Below are positions 1 to 13,500 of a DNA stretch of 64,000 nt, in pieces. The stretch spans positions 196,061-260,060 of the forward strand of contig JBHGNT010000040.1 of the NCBI GenBank assembly GCA_043228905.1, in the 5' to 3' direction. The notes beneath the pieces were generated by a model. It had not been told where the DNA came from. It did no database searches and worked only from the letters and a program-made list of their open reading frames with translations. The position numbers and the translations under genes were made by a program. The DNA is from Azolla caroliniana (lineage: Eukaryota; Plantae; Polypodiophyta). The first letter of the stretch is position 1. Every line of letters begins with the position of its first letter.

Positions 1-2629
1 TCTTGATTTTTTAATTCCATATCATAGCTAGTGTTATTAGCTGCGATTCGCATGATTTGAACACTAAAATCCGATATCACACGAGCCAGTTATGAACATT
101 TTAATTTACTCACGCGCTCTTCTCAACTCCCTCCTCAAATTTGGTAATTTCTTCATGTCTCTCGACCTGAGTTTCAAAATCTTGATTTTTTAATTCCATA
201 TCATAGCTAGTGTTGTTAGCTTCGATTCGCATGTTTGAACACAGAAATCGGACATCACACGAGGCAGGTATGACAATTTTAATTTACTCAGGTGATCTTC
301 TCAACTCCCTCCTCTGATTTACTAATTTCATCATGTCTCTCGACCTGAGTTTCAAAATCTTGATTTTCTAATTCCATAGCATAGCTAGTGTTGTTAGCTT
401 CGATTCGCATGTTTAAACACTAAAATCAGATATCACTCGAGCCAGGTATGACAATTTCAATTTACTCACGCGCTCTTCTCAACTCCCTCCTCTAATTTAC
501 TAATTTCTTCATGTCTCTCGACCTGAGTTTCAAAATCTTGATTTTTTAATTCCATATCATAGCTAGTGTTATTAGCTGCGATTCGCATGATTTGAACACT
601 AAAATCCGATATCACACGAGCCAGTTATGAACATTTTAATTTACTCACGCGCTCTTCTCAACTCCCTCCTCAAATTTGGTAATTTCTTCATGTCTCTCGA
701 CCTGAGTTTCAAAATCTTGATTTTCTAATTCCAAATCATAGCTAGTGTTGTTAGCTTCGATTCGCATGTTTGAACACTAAATTCCGATATCACACAAGCT
801 AGGTATGACAATTTTAATTTACTCACGCGCTCTTCTCAACTCCCTCCTCTAATTTACTAATTTCTTCATGTCTCTCGACCTGAGTTTCAAAATCTTGATT
901 TTCTAATTACATATCATAGCTAGTGTTGTTAGCTTCGATTCGCATGTTTGAACACTAAAATCCGATATCACACGAGCTAGTTATGAACATTTTAATTTAC
1001 TCACGCGCTATTCTCAACTCCCTCCTCAAATTTGGTACTTTCTTCATGTCTCTCGACCTGAGTTTCAAAATCTTGATTTTTTAATTCCATATCATAGCTA
1101 GTGTTGTTAGCTTCGATTCGCATGTTTGAACACAAAAATCGGATATCACACGAGCCAGGTATGACAATTTTAAATTACTCAGGCGATCTTCTCAACTCCC
1201 TCCTCTGATTTACAAATTTCATCATGTCTCTCGACCTGAGTTTCAAAATCTTGATTTTCTAATTCCATATCATAGCTAGTGTTGTTAGCTTCGATTCGCA
1301 TGTTTGAACACAACAATCTCATATCACACGACCCAGGTATGAACATTTTAATTTACTCACGTGCTCTTCTCCACTCCCTCCTCAAATTTGGTAATTTCTT
1401 CATGTCTCTCGACCTGAGTTTCAAAATCTTGATTTTCTAATTCCAAATCATAGCTAGTGTTGTTAGCTTCGATTCGCATGTTTGAACACTAAATTCCGAT
1501 ATCACACAAGCTAGGTATGACAATTTTAATTTACTCACGCGCTCTTCTCAACTCCCTCCTCTAATTTACTAATTTCTTCATGTCTCTCGACCTGAGTTTC
1601 AAAATCTTGATTTTTTAATTCCATATCATAGTTAGTGTTATTAGCTTCGATTCGCATGATTTGAACACTAAAATCCGATATCACACGAGCCAGTTATGAA
1701 CATTTTAATTTACTCACGCGCTATTCTCAACTCCCTCCTCAAATTTGGTAATTTCTTCATGTCTCTTGACCTGAGTTTCAAAATCTTGATTTTTTAATTC
1801 CATATCATAGCTAGTGTTATTAGCTGCGATTCGCATGATTTGAACACTAAAATCCGATATCACACGAGCCAGTTATGAACATTTTAATTTACTCACGCGC
1901 TCTTCTCAACTCCCTCCTCAAATTTGGTAATTTCTTCATGTCTCTCGACCTGAGTTTCAAAATCTTGATTTTCTAATTCCAAATCATAGCTAGTGTTGTT
2001 AGCTTCGATTCGCATGTTTGAACACTAAATTCCGATATCACACAAGCTAGGTATGACAATTTTAATTTACTCACGCGCTCTTCTCAACTCCCTCCTCTAA
2101 TTTACTAATTTCTTCATGTCTCTCGACCTGAGTTTCAAAATCTTGATTTTTTAATTCCATATCATAGCTAGTGTTATTAGCTTCGATTCGCATGATTTGA
2201 ACACTAAAATCCGATATCACACGAGCCAGTTATGAACATTTTAATTTACTCACGCGCTCTTCTCAACTCCCTCCTCAAATTTGGTAATTTCTTCATGTCT
2301 CTCGACCTGAGTTTCAAAATCTTGATTTTTTAATTCCATATCATAGCTAGTGTTGTTAGCTTCGATTCGCATGTTTGAACACAGAAATCGGACATCACAC
2401 GAGGCAGGTATGACAATTTTAATTTACTCAGGTGATCTTCTCAACTCCCTCCTCTGATTTACTAATTTCATCATGTCTCTCGACCTGAGTTTCAAAATCT
2501 TGATTTTCTAATTCCATAGCATAGCTAGTGTTGTTAGCTTCGATTCGCAGGTTTAAACACTAAAATCAGATATCACTCGAGCCAGGTATGACAATTTTAA
2601 TTTACTCACGCGCTCTTCTCAACTCCCTC

Positions 2630-3570
2630 CTCTAATTTACTAATTTCTTCATGTCTCTCGACCTGAGTTTCAAAATCTTGATTTTTTAATTCCATATCAT
2701 AGCTAGTGTTATTAGCTGCGATTCGCATGATTTGAACACTAAAATCCGATATCACACGAGCCAGTTATGAACATTTTAATTTACTCACGCGCTCTTCTCA
2801 ACTCCCTCCTCAAATTTGGTAATTTCTTCATGTCTCTCGACCTGAGTTTCAAAATCTTGATTTTCTATTTCCATATCATAGCTAGTGTTGTTAGCTTCGA
2901 TTCGCATGTTTGAACACTAAAATCAGATATCACTCGAGCCAGGTATGACAATTTTAATTTACTCACGCGCTCTTCTCAACTCCCTCCTCTAATTTACTAA
3001 TTTCTTCATGTCTCTCGACCTGAGTTTCAAAATCTTGATTTTTTAATTCCATATCATAGCTAGTGTTATTAGCTGCGATTCGCATGATTTGAACACTAAA
3101 ATCCGATATCACACGAGCCAGTTATGAACATTTTAATTTACTCACGCGCTCTTCTCAACTCCCTCCTCAAATTTGGTAATTTCTTCATGTCTCTCGACCT
3201 GAGTTTCAAAATCTTGATTTTCTATTTCCATATCATAGCTAGTGTTGTTAGCTTCGATTCGCATGTTTGAACACTAAAATCAGATATCACTCGAGCCAGG
3301 TATGACAATTTTAATTTACTCACACGCTCTTCTCAACTCCCTCCTCTAATTTACTAATTTCTTCATGTCTCTCGACCTGAGTTTCAAAATCTTGATTTTT
3401 TAATTCCATATCATAGCTAGTGTTATTAGCTGCGATTCGCATGATTTGAACACTAAAATCCGATATCACACGAGCCAGTTATGAACATTTTAATTTACTC
3501 ACGCGCTCTTCTCAACTCCCTCCTCAAATTTGGTAATTTCTTCATGTCTCTCGACCTGAGTTTCAAAATC
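2630..3570 (+). repeat. Dimeric (178+179 = 357 bp) higher-order run
   Basis: Alternation of the cagatatcactcgag monomer with the gctgcg/catgatttg/caaatttggta monomer; ttctatttcc recurs 357 bp apart (~2863 and ~3220). Confidence 0.75.
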
Positions 3571-6500
3571 TTGATTTTCTAATTCCATATCATAGCTAGT
3601 GTTGTTAGCTTCGATTCGCATGTTTGAACACAACAATCTCATATCACACGACCCAGGTATGAACATTTTAATTTACTCACGTGCTCTTCTCCACTCCCTC
3701 CTCAAATTTGGTAATTTCTTCATGTCTCTCGACCTGAGTTTCAAAATCTTGATTTTCTAATTCCAAATCATAGCTAGTGTTGTTAGCTTCGATTCGCATG
3801 TTTGAACACTAAATTCCGATATCACACAAGCTAGGTATGACAATTTTAATTTACTCACGCGCTCTTCTCAACTCCCTCCTCTAATTTACTAATTTCTTCA
3901 TGTCTCTCGACCTGAGTTTCAAAATCTTGATTTTTTAATTCCATATCATAGCTAGTGTTATTAGCTTCGATTCGCATGATTTGAACACTAAAATCCGATA
4001 TCACACGAGCCAGTTATGAACATTTTAATTTACTCACGCGCTATTCTCAACTCCCTCCTCAAATTTGGTAATTTCTTCATGTCTCTCGACCTGAGTTTCA
4101 AAATCTTGATTTTTTAATTCCATATCATAGCTAGTGTTATTAGCTTCGATTCGCATGTTTGAACACAAAAATCGGATATCACACGAGCCAGGTATGACAA
4201 TTTTAATTTACTCAGGCGATCTTCTCAACTCCCTCCTCGGATTTACTAATTTCATCATGTCTCTCGACCTGAGTTTCAAAATCTTGATTTTCTAATTCCA
4301 TATCATAGCTAGTGTTGTTAGCTTCGATTCGCATGTTTGAACACTAAAATCAGATATCACTCGAGCCAGGTATGACAATTTTAATTTACTCACGCGCTCT
4401 TCTCAACTCCCTCCTCTAATTTACTAATTTCTTCATGTCTCTCGACCTGAGTTTCAAAATCTTGATTTTTTAATTCCATATCATAGCTAGTGTTATTAGC
4501 TGCGATTCGCATGATTTGAACACTAAAATCCGATATCACACGAGCCAGTTATGAACATTTTAATTTACTCACGCGCTCTTCTCAACTCCCTCCTCAAATT
4601 TGGTAATTTCTTCATGTCTCTCGACCTGAGTTTCAAAATCTTGATTTTCTAATTCCATATCATAGCTAGTGTTGTTAGCTTCGATTCGCATGTTTGAACA
4701 CTAAAATCAGATATCACTCGAGCCAGGTATGACAATTTTAATTTACTCACGCGCTCTTCTCAACTCCCTCCTCTAATTTACTAATTTCTTCATGTCTCTC
4801 GACCTGATTTTCAAATTCTGGATTTTTTAATTCCATATCATAGCTAGTGTTATTAGCTGCGATTCGCATGATTTGAACACTAAAATCCGATACCACACGA
4901 GCCAGTTATGAACATTTTAATTTACTCACGCGCTATTCTCAACTCCCTCCTCAAATTTGGTAATTTCTTCATGTCTCTCGACCTGAGTTTCAAAATCTTG
5001 ATTTTCTAATTCCATATCATAGCTAGTGTTGTTAGCTTCGATTCGCATGTTTGAACACAACAATCTCATATCACACGACCCAGGTATGAACATTTTAATT
5101 TACTCACGTGCTCTTCTCAACTCCCTCCTCTAATTTGCTAATTTCTTCATGTCTCTCGACCTGAGTGTCAAAATCTTGAAATTTTAATTCCATATCATAG
5201 CTAGTGTTTTTAGCTTCGATTCGCCAGTTTGAACACTAAAATCCGATATCACACGAGCCAGGTATGACAACTTTAATTTACTCACGCGCTCTTCTCAACT
5301 CCCTCCTCTAATTTACTAATTTCTTCATGTCTCTCGACCTGAGTTTCAAAATCTTGATTTTCTAATTCCATATCATAGCTAGTGTTGTTAGCTTCGATTC
5401 GCATCTTTGAACACTAAAATCCGATATCACACGAGCCAGGTATGACAACTTTAATTTACTCACCTGCGCTTCTCAACTCCCTCCTCAAATTTGGTAATTT
5501 CTTCATGTCTCTCGACCTGAGTTTCAAAATCTTGATTTTCTAATTTCATATCATAGCTAGTGTTTTTAGCTTCGATTCGCATGATGGAACCCTAAAATCG
5601 GATATCACACGAGCCAGGTATGACAATTTTAATTTAGTCACGCTATCTTCTCAACTCCCTCGTCTGATTTACTAATTTCTTCATCTCTCTTGACCTGAGT
5701 TTCAAAATCTTGATTTTCTAATTCTATATTACAGCTAGTGTTGTTAGCTTTGATTCGCATGTTTGAACACAACCATCCGATATCACACGAGCCAGGTATG
5801 ACAATTTTAATTTACTCACGCGCTCTTCTCAACTCCCTCGTCTAATTTGCAAATTTCTTCCTGTCTCTCGACCTAAGATTCAAAATCTTGATTTTTTAAT
5901 TCCATATCATAGCTAGTGTTGTTAGCATCGATTCGCATTATGGAACACTAAAATCGGATATCACACAAGCCAGGTATGACAATTTTAATTTACTCACGCG
6001 CTCTTCTCAACTCCCTCCTCTAATTTACTAATTTGTTCATGTCTCTGGACCTGAGTATCAAAATCATGATTTTCTAATTCGATATCATAGCTAGTGTTGT
6101 TAGCTTCGATTCGCATCTTTGAACACTAAAATCCGATATCACACGAGCCAGGTATGACAACTTTAATTTACTCACGCGCTCTTCTCAACTCCCTCCTCAA
6201 ATTTGGTAATTTCTTCATGTCTCTCGACCTGAGTTTCAAAATCTTGATTTTCTAATTTCATATCATACCTAGTGTTGTTAGCTTCGATTCGCATGATGGA
6301 ACACTATAATCGGATATCACACGAGCCAGTTATGAACATTTTAATTTACTCACGCGCTCTTCTCAACTCCCTCCTCTAATTTACTAATTTCTTCATGTCT
6401 CTCGACCTGAGTTTCAAAATCTTGATTTTCTCAATCCATATAATAGCTAGTGTTGCTAGCTTCGATTCGCATGTTTGAACACAACCATCCGATATCACAC

Positions 6501-7340
6501 GAGCCAGGTATGACAATTTTAATTTACTCACGCGCTCTTCTCAACTCCCTCGTCTAATTTGCAAATTTCTTCCTGTCTCTCGACCTAAGTTTCAAAATCT
6601 TGATTTTTTAATTCCATATTATAGCTAGTGTTGTTAGCATCGATTCGCATTATGGAACACTAAAATCGGATATCACACGAGCCGGGTATGACAATTTTAA
6701 TTTACTCACACGCTCTTCTCAACTCCCTCCTCAAATTTACTAATTTCTTCATGTCTCTCGACCTGAGTTTCAAAATCTTGATTTTCTAATTCCATATTAT
6801 AGCTAGTGTTGTTAGCTTCGATTTGCATCTTTGAACACAACAATCCTATATCACACGAGCCAGGTACGAACATTTTAATTTACTCACGCGCTCTTCTCAA
6901 CTCCCTCCTCTAATTTTCTAATTTCTTCCTGTCTCTCGACCTGAGTTTCAAAATCTTGACTTTTTAATTCCATATCATAGCTAGTGTTGTTAGCTTCGAT
7001 TCGCATCTTTGAACACTAAAATCCGATATCACACGAGCCAGGTATGACAATTTTAATTTACTCACGCGCTCTTCTCAACTCCCTCCTCTAATTTGCTAAT
7101 TTCTTCATGTCTCTCGACCTGAGTTTCAAAAACTTGATTTTTTAATTCCATATCATAGCTAGTGTTATTAGCTTCGATTCGCATGTTTGAACACTAAAAT
7201 CCGATATCACACGAGCAAGGTATGACAACTTTAATTTACTCACGCGCTCTTCTCAACTTCCTCCTCTAATTTACTAATTTCTTCATGTCTCTCGACCTGA
7301 GTTTCAAAATCTTGCTTTTTTAATTCCATATCATAGCTAG

Positions 7341-7382
7341 TGTTGTTAGCTTCGATTCGCATGTTGTTAGCTTCGATTCGCA
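7341..7382 (+). repeat. 21-bp intra-monomer tandem duplication (tgttgttagcttcgattcgca x2)
   Basis: Directly visible as 7341-7361 followed by 7362-7382; flanked by tgtt microhomology. Confidence 0.93.
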
Positions 7383-8489
7383 TGTTTGAACACTAAAATC
7401 GGATATCACCCGAGCCAGTAATGAACATTTTAATTTACTCACGCGCTCTTCTCAACTCCCTCCTCTAATTTACTAATTTATTCATGTCTCGTGACCTGAG
7501 TTTGAAAATCTTGATTTTCTAATTCTATATTACAGCTAGTGTTGTTAGCTTAGATTCGCATGTTTGAACACAACCATCCGATATCACACGAGCCAGGTAT
7601 GACAATTTTAATTTACTCACGCGCTCTTCTCAACTCCCTCGTCTAATTTGCAAATTTCTTCCTGTCTCTCGACCTAAGTTTCAAAATCTTGATTTTTTAA
7701 TTCCATATCATAGCTAGTGTTGTTAGTTTTGATTCGCATGTTTGAAGACTAAAATCCGATATCACACGAGCCAGGTACGAACATTTTAATTTACTCACGC
7801 GCTCTTCTCAACTCCCTCCTCTAATTTACTAATTTCTTCATTTCTCTCGACCTGAGTTTCAAAATCTTGATTTTCTAATTCCATATCATAGCTAGTGTTG
7901 TTAGCTTCGATTCGCATGTTTGAACACAACAATCTCATATCACACGACCCAGGTATGAACATTTTAATTTACTCACGTGCTCTTCTCCACTCCCTCCTCA
8001 AATTTGGTAATTTCTTCATGTCTCTCGACCTGAGTTTCAAAATCTTGATTTTCTAATTCCAAATCATAGCTAGTGTTGTTAGCTTCGATTCGCATGTTTG
8101 AACACTAAATTCCGATATCACACAAGCTAGGTATGACAATTTTAATTTACTCACGCGCTCTTCTCAACTCCCTCCTCTAATTTACTAATTTCTTCATGTC
8201 TCTCGACCTGAGTTTCAAAATCTTGATTTTTTAATTCCATATCATAGTTAGTGTTATTAGCTTCGATTCGCATGATTTGAACACTAAAATCCGATATCAC
8301 ACGAGCCAGTTATGAACATTTTAATTTACTCACGCGCTATTCTCAACTCCCTCCTCAAATTTGGTAATTTCTTCATGTCTCTTGACCTGAGTTTCAAAAT
8401 CTTGATTTTTTAATTCCATATCATAGCTAGTGTTATTAGCTGCGATTCGCATGATTTGAACACTAAAATCCGATATCACACGAGCCAGT

Positions 8490-8570
8490 TATGAACATTT
8501 TAATTCCATATCATAGCTAGTGTTATTAGCTGCGATTCGCATGATTTGAACACTAATTCTATATTACAGC
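8490..8570 (+). other. Two truncated monomers (about 90 bp and 53 bp) formed by consecutive microhomology junctions
   Basis: atgaacattttaatt|ccatatc joins monomer position 106 to 17 through shared ttttaatt (~8505); gaacactaa|ttctatattac joins position 67 to 15 through shared ctaa (~8556). Confidence 0.9.
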
Positions 8571-10504
8571 TAGTGTTGTTAGCTTTGATTCGCATGTTTG
8601 AACACAACCATCCGATATCACACGAGCCAGGTATGACAATTTTAATTTACTCACGCGCTCTTCTCAACTCCCTCGTCTAATTTGCAAATTTCTTCCTGTC
8701 TCTCGACCTAAGATTCAAAATCTTGATTTTTTAATTCCATATCATAGCTAGTGTTGTTAGCATCGATTCGCATTATGGAACACTAAAATCGGATATCACA
8801 CAAGCCAGGTATGACAATTTTAATTTACTCACGCGCTCTTCTCAACTCCCTCCTCTAATTTACTAATTTGTTCATGTCTCTGGACCTGAGTATCAAAATC
8901 ATGATTTTCTAATTCGATATCATAGCTAGTGTTGTTAGCTTCGATTCGCATCTTTGAACACTAAAATCCGATATCACACGAGCCAGGTATGACAATTTTA
9001 ATTTACTCAGGCGATCTTCTCAACTCCCTCCTCGGATTTACTAATTTCATCATGTCTCTCGACCTGAGTTTCAAAATCTTGATTTTCTAATTCCATATCA
9101 TAGCTAGTGTTGTTAGCTTCGATTCGCATGTTTAAACACTAAAATCAGATATCACTCGAGCCAGGTATGACAATTTTAATTTACTCACGCGCTCTTCTCA
9201 ACTCCCTCCTCTAATTTACTAATTTCATCATGTCTCTCGACCTGAGTTTCAAAATCTTGATTTTCTAATTCCATAGCATAGCTAGTGTTGTTAGCTTCGA
9301 TTCGCAGGTTTAAACACTAAAATCAGATATCACTCGAGCCAGGTATGACAATTTTAATTTACTCACGCGCTCTTCTCAACTCCCTCCTCTAATTTACTAA
9401 TTTCTTCATGTCTCTCGACCTGAGTTTCAAAATCTTGATTTTTTAATTCCATATCATAGCTAGTGTTATTAGCTGCGATTCGCATGATTTGAACACTAAA
9501 ATCCGATATCACACGAGCCAGTTATGAACATTTTAATTTACTCACGCGCTCTTCTCAACTCCCTCCTCAAATTTGGTAATTTCTTCATGTCTCTCGACCT
9601 GAGTTTCAAAATCTTGATTTTCTATTTCCATATCATAGCTAGTGTTGTTAGCTTCGATTCGCATGTTTGAACACTAAAATCAGATATCACTCGAGCCAGG
9701 TATGACAATTTTAATTTACTCACGCGCTCTTCTCAACTCCCTCCTCTAATTTACTAATTTCTTCATGTCTCTCGACTTGAGTTTCAAAATCTTGATTTTT
9801 TAATTCCATATCATAGCTAGTGTTATTAGCTGCGATTCGCATGATTTGAACACTAAAATCCGATATCACACGAGCCAGTTATGAACATTTTAATTTACTC
9901 ACGCGCTCTTCTCAACTCCCTCCTCAAATTTGGTAATTTCTTCATGTCTCTCGACCTGAGTTTCAAAATCTTGATTTTCTAATTCCATATCATAGCTAGT
10001 GTTGTTAGCTGCGATTCGCATGATTTGAACACTAAAATCCGATATCACACGAGCCAGTTATGAACATTTTAATTTACTCACGCGCTCTTCTCAACTCCCT
10101 CCTCAAATTTGGTAATTTCTTCATGTCTCTCGACCTGAGTTTCAAAATCTTGATTTTCTAATTCCATATCATAGCTAGTGTTGTTAGCTTCGATTCGCAT
10201 GTTTGAACACAAGAATCTCATATCACACGACCCAGGTATGAACATTTTAATTTACTCACGTGCTCTTCTCCACTCCCTCCTCAAATTTGGTAATTTCTTC
10301 ATGTCTCTCGACCTGAGTTTCAAAATCTTGATTTTCTAATTCCAAATCATAGTTAGTGTTATTAGCTTCGATTCGCATGATTTGAACACTAAAATCCGAT
10401 ATCACACGAGCCAGTTATGAACATTTTAATTTACTCACGCGCTATTCTCAACTCCCTCCTCAAATTTGGTAATTTCTTCATGTCTCTCGACCTGAGTTTC
10501 AAAA

Positions 10505-13500
10505 TCTTGATTTTTTAATTCCATATCATAGCTAGTGTTATTAGCTGCGATTCGCATGATTTGAACACTAAAATCCGATATCACACGAGCCAGTTATGAA
10601 CATTTTAATTTACTCACGCGCTCTTCTCAACTCCCTCCTCAAATTTGGTAATTTCTTCATGTCTCTCGACCTGAGTTTCAAAATCTTGATTTTTTAATTC
10701 CATATCATAGCTAGTGTTGTTAGCTTCGATTCGCATGTTTGAACACAGAAATCGGACATCACACGAGGCAGGTATGACAATTTTAATTTACTCAGGTGAT
10801 CTTCTCAACTCCCTCCTCTGATTTACTAATTTCATCATGTCTCTCGACCTGAGTTTCAAAATCTTGATTTTCTAATTCCATAGCATAGCTAGTGTTGTTA
10901 GCTTCGATTCGCATGTTTAAACACTAAAATCAGATATCACTCGAGCCAGGTATGACAATTTCAATTTACTCACGCGCTCTTCTCAACTCCCTCCTCTAAT
11001 TTACTAATTTCTTCATGTCTCTCGACCTGAGTTTCAAAATCTTGATTTTTTAATTCCATATCATAGCTAGTGTTATTAGCTGCGATTCGCATGATTTGAA
11101 CACTAAAATCCGATATCACACGAGCCAGTTATGAACATTTTAATTTACTCACGCGCTCTTCTCAACTCCCTCCTCAAATTTGGTAATTTCTTCATGTCTC
11201 TCGACCTGAGTTTCAAAATCTTGATTTTCTAATTCCAAATCATAGCTAGTGTTGTTAGCTTCGATTCGCATGTTTGAACACTAAATTCCGATATCACACA
11301 AGCTAGGTATGACAATTTTAATTTACTCACGCGCTCTTCTCAACTCCCTCCTCTAATTTACTAATTTCTTCATGTCTCTCGACCTGAGTTTCAAAATCTT
11401 GATTTTCTAATTACATATCATAGCTAGTGTTGTTAGCTTCGATTCGCATGTTTGAACACTAAAATCCGATATCACACGAGCTAGTTATGAACATTTTAAT
11501 TTACTCACGCGCTATTCTCAACTCCCTCCTCAAATTTGGTACTTTCTTCATGTCTCTCGACCTGAGTTTCAAAATCTTGATTTTTTAATTCCATATCATA
11601 GCTAGTGTTGTTAGCTTCGATTCGCATGTTTGAACACAAAAATCGGATATCACACGAGCCAGGTATGACAATTTTAAATTACTCAGGCGATCTTCTCAAC
11701 TCCCTCCTCTGATTTACAAATTTCATCATGTCTCTCGACCTGAGTTTCAAAATCTTGATTTTCTAATTCCATATCATAGCTAGTGTTGTTAGCTTCGATT
11801 CGCATGTTTGAACACAACAATCTCATATCACACGACCCAGGTATGAACATTTTAATTTACTCACGTGCTCTTCTCCACTCCCTCCTCAAATTTGGTAATT
11901 TCTTCATGTCTCTCGACCTGAGTTTCAAAATCTTGATTTTCTAATTCCAAATCATAGCTAGTGTTGTTAGCTTCGATTCGCATGTTTGAACACTAAATTC
12001 CGATATCACACAAGCTAGGTATGACAATTTTAATTTACTCACGCGCTCTTCTCAACTCCCTCCTCTAATTTACTAATTTCTTCATGTCTCTCGACCTGAG
12101 TTTCAAAATCTTGATTTTTTAATTCCATATCATAGTTAGTGTTATTAGCTTCGATTCGCATGATTTGAACACTACAATCCGATATCACACGAGCCAGTTA
12201 TGAACATTTTAATTTACTCACGCGCTATTCTCAACTCCCTCCTCAAATTTGGTAATTTCTTCATGTCTCTTGACCTGAGTTTCAAAATCTTGATTTTTTA
12301 ATTCCATATCATAGCTAGTGTTATTAGCTGCGATTCGCATGATTTGAACACTAAAATCCGATATCACACGAGCCAGTTATGAACATTTTAATTTACTCAC
12401 GCGCTCTTCTCAACTCCCTCCTCAAATTTGGTAATTTCTTCATGTCTCTCGACCTGAGTTTCAAAATCTTGATTTTCTAATTCCAAATCATAGCTAGTGT
12501 TGTTAGCTTCGATTCGCATGTTTGAACACTAAATTCCGATATCACACAAGCTAGGTATGACAATTTTAATTTACTCACGCGCTCTTCTCAACTCCCTCCT
12601 CTAATTTACTAATTTCTTCATGTCTCTCGACCTGAGTTTCAAAATTTTGATTTTTTAATTCCATATCATAGCTAGTGTTATTAGCTTCGATTCGCATGAT
12701 TTGAACACTAAAATCCGATATCACACGAGCCAGTTATGAACATTTTAATTTACTCACGCGCTCTTCTCAACTCCCTCCTCAAATTTGGTAATTTCTTCAT
12801 GTCTCTCGACCTGAGTTTCAAAATCTTGATTTTTTAATTCCATATCATAGCTAGTGTTGTTAGCTTCGATTCGCATGTTTGAACACAGAAATCGGACATC
12901 ACACGAGGCAGGTATGACAATTTTAATTTACTCAGGTGATCTTCTCAACTCCCTCCTCTGATTTACTAATTTCATCATGTCTCTCGACCTGAGTTTCAAA
13001 ATCTTGATTTTCTAATTCCATAGCATAGCTAGTGTTGTTAGCTTCGATTCGCAGGTTTAAACACTAAAATCAGATATCACTCGAGCCAGGTATGACAATT
13101 TTAATTTACTCACGCGCTCTTCTCAACTCCCTCCTCTAATTTACTAATTTCTTCATGTCTCTCGACCTGAGTTTCAAAATCTTGATTTTTTAATTCCATA
13201 TCATAGCTAGTGTTATTAGCTGCGATTCGCATGATTTGAACACTAAAATCCGATATCACACGAGCCAGTTATGAACATTTTAGTTTACTCACGCGCTCTT
13301 CTCAACTCCCTCCTCAAATTTGGTAATTTCTTCATGTCTCTCGACCTGAGTTTCAAAATCTTGATTTTCTATTTCCATATCATAGCTAGTGTTGTTAGCT
13401 TCGATTCGCATGTTTGAACACTAAAATCAGATATCACTCGAGCCAGGTATGACAATTTTAATTTACTCACGCGCTCTTCTCAACTCCCTCCTCTAATTTA

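Noticed and set aside
117-136. Pyrimidine-rich tract ctcttctcaactccctcctc as a triplex or G-quadruplex element
   Set aside because: It is short, interrupted by aa, not a good mirror repeat, and the opposite strand has only one GGG run.
1-179. Identification as Arabidopsis CEN178 or primate alpha satellite
   Set aside because: Only the length is similar. The sequence does not resemble those consensus sequences as I recall them and lacks the HindIII AAGCTT site typical of CEN178. No family name is assigned without a search.
1-179. 5S rDNA, tRNA or snRNA tandem gene array
   Set aside because: No recognisable 5S, tRNA cloverleaf or Pol III A/B/C box similarity; variation is spread through the unit rather than split into conserved gene and variable spacer.
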